From Pseudomonadota bacterium (GTDB lineage: Bacteria > Bdellovibrionota_B > Oligoflexia > Oligoflexales > CAIMVM01): DNA of 61,331 bases. Location: positions 1 through 61,331 of the forward strand of contig JBAXBA010000011.1 in assembly GCA_037142195.1 (NCBI GenBank). The letters run 5' to 3'. Of the stretch, positions 17,121 to 26,860 are shown piece by piece; the stretch's first letter is position 1, and every line of letters starts with the position of its first letter. Below the pieces are notes generated by a model that was not told where the DNA came from, did no database searches, and saw only the letters and a program-made list of their open reading frames with translations. Made by a program: the position numbers and the translations under genes.

Positions 17121-19859
17121 TTAAGTAGTCTTAGGAACTTGAGCTGCATTCGATCTGGCTATTCTATATTTTTCCATAATTACGATCCCCCATGGAGCCA
17201 CGAAGGTCGAAGTTAAGGTTGCAGAAATGACTCCAAGCCCCATGGACATCGCAAAATTCCAAATGCTTCCTTTGCAATATATGACAATCCCCGTAAGCGA
17301 AACTAAAGTTACAATCGAAGTATTTAATGAGCGTCCTAAAGTTTCATTTAAAGAAAGATTCACGAGCTCAAAAAAGGACTTTCTGGCATTTAAAGCAATG
17401 TTTTCCCGAATCCGATCAAAAATTACAATCGCATCGTTTACTGAGTAACCCGCAATCGTCAAAAACCCGGCAACAGACGTCAAGTCAAAGGACATCCCAA
17501 AGTAAAAATAGAATCCTAAAACTATCGCGCAGTCTACAACCATTTTGATAAGTAGACTCGGCCCGAAGCGCAAGTCAAATCGAAGCGCCAAATAGAGCAT
17601 AATTCCAAGGATCGCATAGAGTAGTGATATCACGCCTTGGCTTCTTAATTCACTTCCTACCTGTGGTCCAATATAATCAACTTGCTCAAATACAGGGCTA
17701 AAGTCGGCGAACTTAGTCTCAATATTCTTCTTTAAATCTAGAAAGTTCGAAGACATGGAGGCTTGACCAGCAGCTGATGTTTCTGCAGACTTTCCAGCTT
17801 CAGCTTTTTGTAGGGCGTCTTGATACCGTAAAATGAAAATTCGCTTCCCACCTTCAAGAGCTTGCAGAGATATATCTTCGATTCCGGCAGCTTCAGCTGC
17901 TTCGGTTATTTGACGCGAATCCACATCCTTGGAAAACTTCACAATTGCTTCCGTACCGCCAGAAAACTCAACACCCCAGTTTAAACCTTTTACAACTGTA
18001 CCGGCAATGGTTACCAATCCCAATGCTACCAATAGGCTCGCAGCAACTCGACCTATACCAAGAAAATTAACATTAAAGACAGTTTCACCGGCATTCATTC
18101 CACCAGCTAGCCAATTTTTAATTTCTTTTTCGGAGGTGAGGCGATTCAAAATAAATTCAAAAACTATTTTTGAAATGTAAAGCGCCGTGAAAAGGGAAAC
18201 AAGCAACCCAATGAGAAGAGTTACCGCGAAACCACGTATCGGACCCGAAGTCGCCGTTTCTAAAAGCACAACAGCGGCTATCATCGAACAAATGTTGGAG
18301 TCCATAATGGTCCAAAACACCTTACTAAACCCATTTTCTAAGGCTTTCCTGCCGGATTTGCCTTCTCGCACTTCTTGTCTAATTCTTTCATTAATCAGAA
18401 CATTAGCGTCCACCGCCATCCCTAAAGACAAAATAAATCCTGCTATCCCTGGAAGAGAGAGAGAGAAACCAAATAATGCCATAAGGGCCAACATAAACAG
18501 GCCGTTTAGGAGCAATGCCAAAGAAGCGACCAAGCCTGGGCGCCTATAATAGACAACCATAAAGATGATCACACAAAAAAAGCCCATCAATGCGCCTTTA
18601 ACACCTCGGTCAGCAAGCTCTGGACCGAGAGAAGCTCCCACCTGCCTTTGCTCCTGGACCGTAATCGTAGCCGGTACTGAGCCCGACTTTAAAATCATGG
18701 AAAGTTGATTCGCTTCTTCTACAACCTTTTCATAGCCGCCCCGATTATTGAGACTAATTGAGGCATTGCCTCCAGAAATTTTCGCCTCAATAACGGGGGC
18801 ACTCTCAACGACATCGTCAAGAATAATCGCCATTCGTTTCTTAATATTTGCTCCGGTCACGTCGGCAAACCTCTTGCCGCCTATGCCTGTAAACTTCAAA
18901 GCGACATGTGGCAAATTACCAAAGTCATTCCCTTGGCCCACAGTCGAATCCATAACATCGTCACCGGTGATTTCAGTCGCACCATTTACTACATAGGACT
19001 TCCAAAGGTTAGCTTTTCCCCCAGCAATAGTCTGACGCTGGAAAAGGAGCTCCTTTCCTTCAGGAACTTTCGAAGCAAGAAGTGCGATGAGCGCTTCGCG
19101 GTTTTCCCCACTAAACGAAATTTGGCCACCATTGTCTTCAACTTTCACTCCCTCAGGTAGAGGGCCCTTGGAAAGCTCTGTAAACCCAGTAAACGTATCA
19201 TCGACAATTTTGAACTTCAGCTGTGCAGTACGGCCTAAAAGCTCTTTGGCCTTCTCCGGGTCTTTAAATCCTGGCAACTGGACTAATATAGATCCGTTTG
19301 CTCTACGGCTAATCAGAGGTTCAGATACACCCCATTTATCAATACGCGATCTTACAACCCTTTCTGCTTGCTCCATAGCAGACTGCTTTGTGCGCTTGAC
19401 GTCTGCTTCAGTAAACCCAAAATAAAGCTTGTTCTTTTCTGACCCTTTGCTTTCAACACCAGGAAACTCTTTTTTAAAATCATCACGAAATTTATCTTTA
19501 TCGGCATCTTCCTTAACTTCCACCGCCAGCTTTTGCTCTCCTTTAACAGAGTATGCTGTAACCACGGGCTGATTGCTATCAGCTGCCCATCTTGTAATAT
19601 CAACAGCAATATGGCCAAGCTTTCCTTCGACAGCGCTAACTGCATCTACCCCTAATACGAGCTGCACCCCACCTTGTATATCAAGACCGAGTTTCACATG
19701 ACTTTGAGGCAGCCATTTAGGCATATTCGCTTGAAACTTCTCAGAATCATTTCTGGTCTCTTTCGGCATAGAAAAATAGATCACAGTGGGCGTCACTGTA
19801 TAAACACCCAATAGCACGATGGCAATAACCCACAACAATTTCCATTTTACTGAATTCAT
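17121..19859 (-). CDS. secDF: Protein translocase SecD-SecF fusion
   Basis: LGLDIQGG, GVSEP, GMAVDANVLINERI, GVEFSGG, GYSVNDAIVIFDRIRE. Confidence 0.97.
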   Translation of the reverse strand: MNSVKWKLLWVIAIVLLGVYTVTPTVIYFSMPKETRNDSEKFQANMPKWLPQSHVKLGLDIQGGVQLVLGVDAVSAVEGKLGHIAVDITRWAADSNQPVVTAYSVKGEQKLAVEVKEDADKDKFRDDFKKEFPGVESKGSEKNKLYFGFTEADVKRTKQSAMEQAERVVRSRIDKWGVSEPLISRRANGSILVQLPGFKDPEKAKELLGRTAQLKFKIVDDTFTGFTELSKGPLPEGVKVEDNGGQISFSGENREALIALLASKVPEGKELLFQRQTIAGGKANLWKSYVVNGATEITGDDVMDSTVGQGNDFGNLPHVALKFTGIGGKRFADVTGANIKKRMAIILDDVVESAPVIEAKISGGNASISLNNRGGYEKVVEEANQLSMILKSGSVPATITVQEQRQVGASLGPELADRGVKGALMGFFCVIIFMVVYYRRPGLVASLALLLNGLFMLALMALFGFSLSLPGIAGFILSLGMAVDANVLINERIRQEVREGKSGRKALENGFSKVFWTIMDSNICSMIAAVVLLETATSGPIRGFAVTLLIGLLVSLFTALYISKIVFEFILNRLTSEKEIKNWLAGGMNAGETVFNVNFLGIGRVAASLLVALGLVTIAGTVVKGLNWGVEFSGGTEAIVKFSKDVDSRQITEAAEAAGIEDISLQALEGGKRIFILRYQDALQKAEAGKSAETSAAGQASMSSNFLDLKKNIETKFADFSPVFEQVDYIGPQVGSELRSQGVISLLYAILGIMLYLALRFDLRFGPSLLIKMVVDCAIVLGFYFYFGMSFDLTSVAGFLTIAGYSVNDAIVIFDRIRENIALNARKSFFELVNLSLNETLGRSLNTSIVTLVSLTGIVIYCKGSIWNFAMSMGLGVISATLTSTFVAPWGIVIMEKYRIARSNAAQVPKTT

Positions 19860-20044
19860 AAAAGCAACCCCAGTAAGGTAAGTAAGAGAATAGACGTCAC
19901 TTAAGTCTAACTTACATAAGCATGGCCGACGATGAAAAAATAGAAAAAAGTAAATGAAAAGCCAAAATAGATGTTTTATCCACAGGTTTGCTGGCTAATA
20001 ATTGCTCAAATCAGGTTTCATGGCGAAGCTCCCGAGGCTAGAGG

Positions 20045-21049
20045 TTAGCTTAAGGTAGAAGATGTCGCCTCATTTATAGATCTTGGTGGAACTTGCCTCG
20101 CCTCGCTAGTACGGAAATAAAATTGACCCTTAAAGGATTCAAATAAGCGTAGAGGATAGACTTCTAACGTGTTCAAATCTACAACAGCCTTCCCTAATGT
20201 AGTTTCTACAATTTTATAGTCTTTAAGCTCCACTATCGCCAAGTCATCGGCATTGCCGAAGCCCGTAGGATCAGAATACAAAAGCCTCTTAAGCACAAAG
20301 AAATCACCTCTATTAGAACTTAGATACAGGCCTGCACCCAAAATCAGGTGACCTGCCATGCTGGCGCACGGATCTAGAAGATCTTTAGGAAGCCCGCTCG
20401 CAACTAACTGGCCATTCTCAATCAAGATCATATAATCTGAAAAAAGGAAGCTTTCTTCCAAATTGTGCGACACACATATTACGGTAAGATCGAATTCCTC
20501 TTGAAGATTTCTTATGAGCAAATGAAGCTGTTTACGCAAAAAGGAATCAAGAGCAGAAAAGGGCTCATCTAACAATAGGATCTGCCTTGAAAGCAAAAGA
20601 CTCCTAGCTAAGCTTACCCTTGCCTGCTCGCCGCCCGACAATTGACCGGGAAATGCCTTTTCTTTTGCCCGAAGCTCCACTTTTTCGAGCATTTGACTCA
20701 CTTGAAGTTTTTTCTGGGTTTCAGACAAGTCATGGTGCAGAAGAGCTAACAAGAGATTTTGCTCGATGGAGATTTGAGGAAAAAGTGATGAACTTTGAAA
20801 CATATAAGAAATCGGTCGCTGAGGAACTGGCAAGTCGCTAATCAATTTGCCTCGGAAATAGATTTCCCCTTTCTCCAAAGGAGAAAATCCGGCAAGGCCA
20901 TCTAAAATAGTCGATTTTCCCGACCCACTAACGCCTACTAGGGAAGTCCACTTGCCATGGGGCGCTGAAAAAGAAAGAGGCTCCGACCAAGATCTCTCCA
21001 AAAATTTCAGTCCTCTTGCTTCAAGACCGTCATCAATAGCCAAGATCAT
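20045..21049 (-). CDS. thiQ: ABC transporter ATPase of the thiamine system
   Basis: GVSGSGKS, LSGGE, LLLDEPFSALD; in an operon with thiB and thiP. Confidence 0.8.
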   Translation of the reverse strand: MILAIDDGLEARGLKFLERSWSEPLSFSAPHGKWTSLVGVSGSGKSTILDGLAGFSPLEKGEIYFRGKLISDLPVPQRPISYMFQSSSLFPQISIEQNLLLALLHHDLSETQKKLQVSQMLEKVELRAKEKAFPGQLSGGEQARVSLARSLLLSRQILLLDEPFSALDSFLRKQLHLLIRNLQEEFDLTVICVSHNLEESFLFSDYMILIENGQLVASGLPKDLLDPCASMAGHLILGAGLYLSSNRGDFFVLKRLLYSDPTGFGNADDLAIVELKDYKIVETTLGKAVVDLNTLEVYPLRLFESFKGQFYFRTSEARQVPPRSINEATSSTLS

Positions 21050-22652
21050 CTCCTTTTTGTCTCGCCTGCAACTTTTCCACAAAATATGCCCAAAGTATGG
21101 AAAAAATTCCGATCATCAAAGCCACAGTAGCGGCAAACGAAAATTTGTAAGATCCCATCAATTCAAAAACTAGGGTCGAAAGAGTCCTATAATCACCACC
21201 AGACAGCAATAGAACGGTCGAAACGTCGCTCACGCTAAAAGCAACAGCTACCCCCCAAGCCGCATAGAGACTGAACTTAAGCTCGTGCCACTCTATAACC
21301 CAAAACCTTACTCTAGACGTCAAATTTAGAAGTGTCATGGGCTTATGGTAGCCCACGAGTAGACGATCTAAAGGCGGATATATAATCCTGTAAACTATAG
21401 GAAAGGTCATCATGACATGCGCCACCATAAGAAATCCTAAACCCAAATCACCAACCGCAATGGAGGACTTTATAGAAACATACAACCAAAAAATACCTAG
21501 CAATGCTGGAGAAAAAACCATCATGAGCCAAGGAACTTCTTGCAATAGGTTGGACAAGGTAGGAAATTTATCTCGAAGGTCAATAACAAAGCGCGCGTAT
21601 ACCCAAGCCAAGAGCACACTACCTAAAGATGAGACCAAGGAAAGTTTTAAGGATCCTTTAACAGCACCAACCAAAACATGGATCTGAGTGCTTTCTCCCA
21701 ATAGAAAAATCCCTCTAAACCCATCAACAGCGATCGACAAAAGAGGCGGCAATATTAGAGACAAATAGATACTTAAAATAAAAAAGAAGACAAATCTATC
21801 AGTTTTCAAGATGTGACCATTGTCTCTTTGTAAAGACGGGTTGTTCGGAGATAGGACCCTACTCTTTTGTTTAGACAGCACACGTTTCCATAGCAGTATA
21901 ATTGGCGCGGAAAACAGAATCTGCAAAAGACCTAAAAGGGAAGCCGTACCAAAATTTCCATCCGACTTTATTGCCGAATAAATACCTACCTCTAAAGTTG
22001 CCCGTTGAGGGGAACCACCTAAAATCAGGACGATGCTGAAACTTGAAAAACAAATCAAAGTTATCGTTAGAAACAATCCCCATATGTCATTACGTAATTC
22101 AGGCCAAACCAAATATCTCCACCTACTATAATTTGACAGCGCAAGTATTTTAGCCTGTCTTTCATAAGTCTGAGGCAATGACTCTATCGCTAAAAGTAGT
22201 GTCGTAAACACGAGGGGAGCATTCATAAATACGTGGGCTGCAACAATCGCTGACGTATTGTACATCAAGGAAACATTATCCCCGAACCATTGGCCGATCC
22301 ATCCGGATCGGCCAAAACAAAGAATAAAGGCTATCGCTACAACGACGGTGGGAAAGGAATAGGGAATTAAACTCATTTTTTTGATAAAGCCTCGAAAGGG
22401 CAGACTCCTTCCTGCGAAGGAGAATGCTAAGCCACCTCCAAGAACTATACTTAAAGCGCTGGAAAGAAAACTCTGCAGCAATGTAAATTTAAGCATTTCC
22501 CCCAGTTGCGAATAGTTTAGAATTTCTGCCGTGCTAAAGAACCCCGCCAAAACCTGCCAGACGACCCAAGTAAGAGGAGCGAGCGCTCCCCATATAACAG
22601 TGGCGAAAACGAATACCGAAGACCATCTCTTAGCCATTCTATTTAAACTCAC
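21033..22652 (-). CDS. thiP: Thiamine ABC transporter permease
   Basis: Two-repeat permease: FTLLQ, FGRSGW, AHVFMN, LGGSPQRATLEVGIY. Confidence 0.85.
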   Translation of the reverse strand: MSLNRMAKRWSSVFVFATVIWGALAPLTWVVWQVLAGFFSTAEILNYSQLGEMLKFTLLQSFLSSALSIVLGGGLAFSFAGRSLPFRGFIKKMSLIPYSFPTVVVAIAFILCFGRSGWIGQWFGDNVSLMYNTSAIVAAHVFMNAPLVFTTLLLAIESLPQTYERQAKILALSNYSRWRYLVWPELRNDIWGLFLTITLICFSSFSIVLILGGSPQRATLEVGIYSAIKSDGNFGTASLLGLLQILFSAPIILLWKRVLSKQKSRVLSPNNPSLQRDNGHILKTDRFVFFFILSIYLSLILPPLLSIAVDGFRGIFLLGESTQIHVLVGAVKGSLKLSLVSSLGSVLLAWVYARFVIDLRDKFPTLSNLLQEVPWLMMVFSPALLGIFWLYVSIKSSIAVGDLGLGFLMVAHVMMTFPIVYRIIYPPLDRLLVGYHKPMTLLNLTSRVRFWVIEWHELKFSLYAAWGVAVAFSVSDVSTVLLLSGGDYRTLSTLVFELMGSYKFSFAATVALMIGIFSILWAYFVEKLQARQKGDDLGY

Positions 22653-23640
22653 TCAACCAAACATTATTCAATTTTTTTCGATCTGATGCTGTTAAAAAAT
22701 TAAGTTCCTTTATCTTAGGCTTTGATGCATTAGTAAAAATTGGATTTAAGTCCTTGATTTCAGACTCAGGAATCATCGGGTACATCCAATTTGCTTGCGC
22801 AATTATCTTCTGGGCCTCGGGGAATAACAAAAAATCGACAAATGAGGTTGCAAGAGGCTTATTTTTAGTGGTTTTTACGACACCGGCAAATTCAACGTTA
22901 ATACTATGCTCCGAAAAAAGAGCAGCTCTGTAGCGGCTGCTCTTCTCAACGATATGATGGTAGAATTCACTTGTCGTGTAGCTAATTACTAATGGAGCCT
23001 CACGTTTGGTAAAAAGGGAATATGCTTCACTCCATCCTGGGGTTACGGTCAACGTTTGATTTCTTAAAAGTTTAAGCTTCTCTGGCAAACGAGAGCCGTA
23101 TGTAGAACTCAAAAAGTCCAAAAAACTCAACCCTGGCGCGCTAAATCTTGGATCTTGTAAAATCAACTTCTTTTTAAAATCTGCCCTCTCAAGCAGATCA
23201 TCTAAGCTTTTAGGCGGATTTGCTATTTTTAAAGAATCATACATAACAGAAATCATGCCAAAATCAAAAGGTACTGCATTTAAACGAATTTTATCAGGTA
23301 TCGACACTTGCAACTTCGCTTTGGATGGCACGAGGGGAAGAAAAAGATCCGAATCTATGGCATCTAACAACACAGAGTTATCGACCCCTAAGATAACATC
23401 TGCTTGACTGGATCGACCTTCAAGCTTGAGCTTGCTAATCAATGTCGCTCCGTCACCTGATGAAATAAATTTTAGGGTGCAATCGCATTTCTGCTCAAAT
23501 AGCTTCTTTAATTCAGACCCAGGCCCCCATTCAGAGACAAACGACTGATAGGTATAGACAGTCAAACTGCTTTTAGCAAATAGAGGTTCTAGTCTAAAAA
23601 AAAGACACATAAAGATCAAAAAACGCAACGTTAAAGTCAC
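22639..23640 (-). CDS. thiB: Thiamine ABC transporter periplasmic binding protein
   Basis: LTVYTYQSFVSEWGPG, ADVILGVD, QDPR.S.PG, VTPGWSEAY, SYTTS, NWMYP. Confidence 0.92.
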   Translation of the reverse strand: MTLTLRFLIFMCLFFRLEPLFAKSSLTVYTYQSFVSEWGPGSELKKLFEQKCDCTLKFISSGDGATLISKLKLEGRSSQADVILGVDNSVLLDAIDSDLFLPLVPSKAKLQVSIPDKIRLNAVPFDFGMISVMYDSLKIANPPKSLDDLLERADFKKKLILQDPRFSAPGLSFLDFLSSTYGSRLPEKLKLLRNQTLTVTPGWSEAYSLFTKREAPLVISYTTSEFYHHIVEKSSRYRAALFSEHSINVEFAGVVKTTKNKPLATSFVDFLLFPEAQKIIAQANWMYPMIPESEIKDLNPIFTNASKPKIKELNFLTASDRKKLNNVWLSEFK

Positions 23641-24395
23641 ACAACTTCTCCCGCTAAATCGAGTCCTATTATTGGCTTCTTCAAGGACACTATCTCGTGG
23701 CCAAATTATAGCTCATTTGAATAATGAGGCTACTCTATAATTCAATTTGGTTTTTGTGGTATTATTTCCTTTTGGCTCATCAGCATGGTCTATCCGAGTC
23801 CCTAAAGACAACTTCCTATACCACGGAATGGATCCATACCCTATTTCCAAGCTTATGGTCTGATACTCCAGCGAGATTCCGCAACCAATAAGAAGCAGCT
23901 CTCAGCAATCACCTCAAAGCAGCAGATGGCCAACAGTCTAAGTTTCCTTCTCAAAAAAAACGAGACCGCTTCAAACAGATGAGCTACGGAAACATCCTAG
24001 CAAACTAGCTGCAAAGCCCAAGCGGGCTTGATTAAATTCTATGTAGAGAAAACAAAAATATCTGGTTTTCGTCAATTTTCAGTTTGGACCTACCTAATGT
24101 TTTAGGCAAAACGAAATGAATGGGACCTGTATCTTCTTAAAACACCCGTAGAGCGCCTGTATGGCTCTATGGGAACCACACTCTAGACACCAATTACTTC
24201 CAACAAGGCTCATCAGCCAAGCTAGGGACCTCAAAATGACGTAGGATATTGCCACAACCTACTGTTTTTAAATAGAGAAACAGTCTTATAGAAAGTTCCA
24301 CTATTAGGTTGCAAAAACAGACGTCTTCCCGTAATCGTAACCTGGGGCGGAGTGGCAGCTACGCATCAAGACGTAGCGATACCAAGGGGATAGAA

Positions 24396-25442
24396 ATGAA
24401 TATTCTTTCAAAAATAGCAAAGTCAAATTTTGCCGGTTTTCACGGCTTGCTCCTAGTGCCTATCGTATTTTCAGCGAGTTGTGGCCTCATAAAAAAGGAT
24501 GAAAATAGATCTGTGCCCCGCCGCAACCAGATGGCCAAATCTGACCCATCTAAAGACATACCTACTTCTGGCGCGAAACCCCCAGAGGATACTTCCAATA
24601 GTACAAATAACAGCCCGTCAGAAAGCACATCTGATGGGAATTTTGAATCCGAGGAAAGAGATACTTTAGGCGCCCCTAGCCCCGAAGAGGAAGCCTTAGC
24701 CGAAAAGAAAAATAATCGAGGATTGTTTGAAGACCGAAAGTATGAGCTTATAACCCCAACGGGGGAAATCCTTATGGCTGCAGCCCTAAAGTGGCAAATT
24801 GAGCAAGAGAAGCCAGCAAATGCAAAAATTTTCGCCCAACCTGCGCAGTGTGCACAGAACATATCCAAAGTCATGATTCTTGCGGGATTTCCCAACTATA
24901 CTTCGCCCTTGGTCCCTGGCCTAGTGGCAGCAATTAAATCTAAAGGTGGACTGATTGTGCCACTTCCTAAAGATAAAAATGCCATTGCTGAAGTGATTGC
25001 CAAGACTTTTGACAACAAAATACCCACGGGAACCTTAGTGGGTGGGTGCCTCTATAAGAACTGCAGCGGCGAGGCAGGCGATGGTCATATTGCTTTGGTC
25101 GGAGACCTCGATTCCAATGGTGCCGTTAAACTTTACCATAACAATTGGTATCGCCCGGAAAACGAAAACGGTGTTTGGAAACCCCAAATGATCCCGTTAG
25201 GTTGGTACAATAAGGGCTTTAAGAGAAAATTTATGTCTACTTCATGGATGAACATATTTCGAGATCCTCCCCGTGTAGGAACGGCCTATGATGTCTCCAT
25301 TGAAGTCCCAGCTATTGACGACCTTGATCCCACTAACTACTATTTAACCTTAGCGGTACCCGTAGAAGTTTGGAAAGAATACAAAAATAAGCAAGGAAAG
25401 GTCCTTGATAGTGACGGAAATCAGGTGCCCATAGAAGAATAG
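24396..25442 (+). CDS. Lipoprotein with a putative papain-like (CHAP/NlpC-P60-type) domain
   Basis: AAGGGG before ATG 24396; lipobox SASC; disordered linker; QCAQNIS...GHIALV Cys/His pair. Confidence 0.65.
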   Translation: MNILSKIAKSNFAGFHGLLLVPIVFSASCGLIKKDENRSVPRRNQMAKSDPSKDIPTSGAKPPEDTSNSTNNSPSESTSDGNFESEERDTLGAPSPEEEALAEKKNNRGLFEDRKYELITPTGEILMAAALKWQIEQEKPANAKIFAQPAQCAQNISKVMILAGFPNYTSPLVPGLVAAIKSKGGLIVPLPKDKNAIAEVIAKTFDNKIPTGTLVGGCLYKNCSGEAGDGHIALVGDLDSNGAVKLYHNNWYRPENENGVWKPQMIPLGWYNKGFKRKFMSTSWMNIFRDPPRVGTAYDVSIEVPAIDDLDPTNYYLTLAVPVEVWKEYKNKQGKVLDSDGNQVPIEE

Positions 25443-25836
25443 CCTTTGCTTTGCTCTATGCCTATATTGGCCTATGATCTTCATAGGCCAGTTTTTGCGA
25501 CTTGAATGAACCCGGCAAAACGCAAAAATGGAAACCAATGCGCAGCTTTCAGGTAATCTCGACCTGTTTCCTCGTTAAAATAATTGCTATTAAATATTTC
25601 GCGCTAACTCAGCCCCTAGCATTCTAAATTGGTCCGTACGAAATTTATACGTATCGCATCTACTGAATTCCCAATAGAAATGACTGAATAAAAGCATTAT
25701 CAAGAAGAAATGGCTGTGGTTAAAGCAATCACGAATCAAAGATAAATAGTCCTCATTTCAGGCATTTTGCCATAAAATTGGAAATGCAACTTAGACCTTC
25801 GCCTAGGCCTCGTTCAGGCTATTTTGTGAAGCTGGG

Positions 25837-26058
25837 ATGATTCAAAAGTGGTACGCGCTGGATCATACCAAGATCGAAGAGCTTCGCAGCAGGCTGTCAG
25901 CAGAGACTCAGGTATTCCAACTTGGAAGAATCAGAGGAAACTTTCTATTCGTTTTAAATTCAACGTCACTCCAGATGAGCGACAAACAGTGTATCCTGCC
26001 CATGCTTGCCGAACATCGGGCCTTGTTTGGAGAAGAGGCTCTAGCATCTGTATTTTGA
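25837..26058 (+). CDS. Small hypothetical protein
   Basis: 73-aa ORF with protein-like composition in an otherwise empty gap; weak RBS. Confidence 0.3.
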   Translation: MIQKWYALDHTKIEELRSRLSAETQVFQLGRIRGNFLFVLNSTSLQMSDKQCILPMLAEHRALFGEEALASVF

Positions 26059-26136
26059 AGTAAACGAGGAATCTATTTAAAGATACAAAGCAAAAACTTC
26101 GCCCTAAATTCGAAATTGGGGATTTCTGGACGAACT

Positions 26137-26853
26137 CTAGTTAGGAAGCGTTTGGGACTTGGACATTTCCACCGAAACATTTGGTTTCCATATCATTTGG
26201 GGTAGAAACAAAGAATTGCTTTTGGTTGCTAGCCTGGCTACTAAAGGTACAAAAGCAAGTCCCATCAAAAATCCAATTCCATGAGCCAAATAACTCACTT
26301 CAGGCATAAACTGAGTAGGGAAAAGAAGTATTAGGGAGACTCCCATCGAGCGGAGGACACGATCCCTAAGCGTGTACCGATTGCCGTGCAAGACAAAAAG
26401 ACCAAGCCAAAGACCGCCCAGGCCATACACCATACCTGACGCCCCCACCAAGCTATAGCCATCTTCTTTTATGAGCAGGACTGTTAGGTGAGTTAAGTAG
26501 CCAATGAGTAGGCCTATCCAGGGAAAAACGGCCCTACCATAATGAGCCTGCAAAAGAGCAGCAAAAGGTATGAAGAGCAATAAGTTCGACAGCAAATGAC
26601 CAATATCTGCATGGACAAACATCGCGGCAAATGAAATCCACCACCTGGCAGTCGGCTGGTCAAATGGTAGCTCGATTGCCTTGAACCAAAACTGAACGGA
26701 AACCACCAACATCATACTCGATAACAGAATAGAATCTAAAAAAGAATCCTTTCTGAAGGTGGTATACATGGGACCATAAGGAATCACGATAGGCAAAGGG
26801 TCATCTTCAACCTGTTGACTCAACTCATTATAATCTTCCGTTGGCTCATCCAT
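26137..26853 (-). CDS. Rhomboid intramembrane serine protease
   Basis: H...HLLSN, GASG, SYLAH..G. Confidence 0.92.
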   Translation of the reverse strand: MDEPTEDYNELSQQVEDDPLPIVIPYGPMYTTFRKDSFLDSILLSSMMLVVSVQFWFKAIELPFDQPTARWWISFAAMFVHADIGHLLSNLLLFIPFAALLQAHYGRAVFPWIGLLIGYLTHLTVLLIKEDGYSLVGASGMVYGLGGLWLGLFVLHGNRYTLRDRVLRSMGVSLILLFPTQFMPEVSYLAHGIGFLMGLAFVPLVARLATKSNSLFLPQMIWKPNVSVEMSKSQTLPN

Positions 26854-26860
26854 AAGTAGC

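Noticed and set aside
19985..20030. TPP-riboswitch-like fragment on the minus strand (AACCTGATTTG...GCCAGC)
   Set aside because: No CTGAGA element, wrong spacing, and it lies downstream of thiQ.
23811..23822. ACTTCCTATACC resembling an ISCR oriIS end
   Set aside because: Only 12 bp and 18 kb from the IS91 remnant; likely chance.
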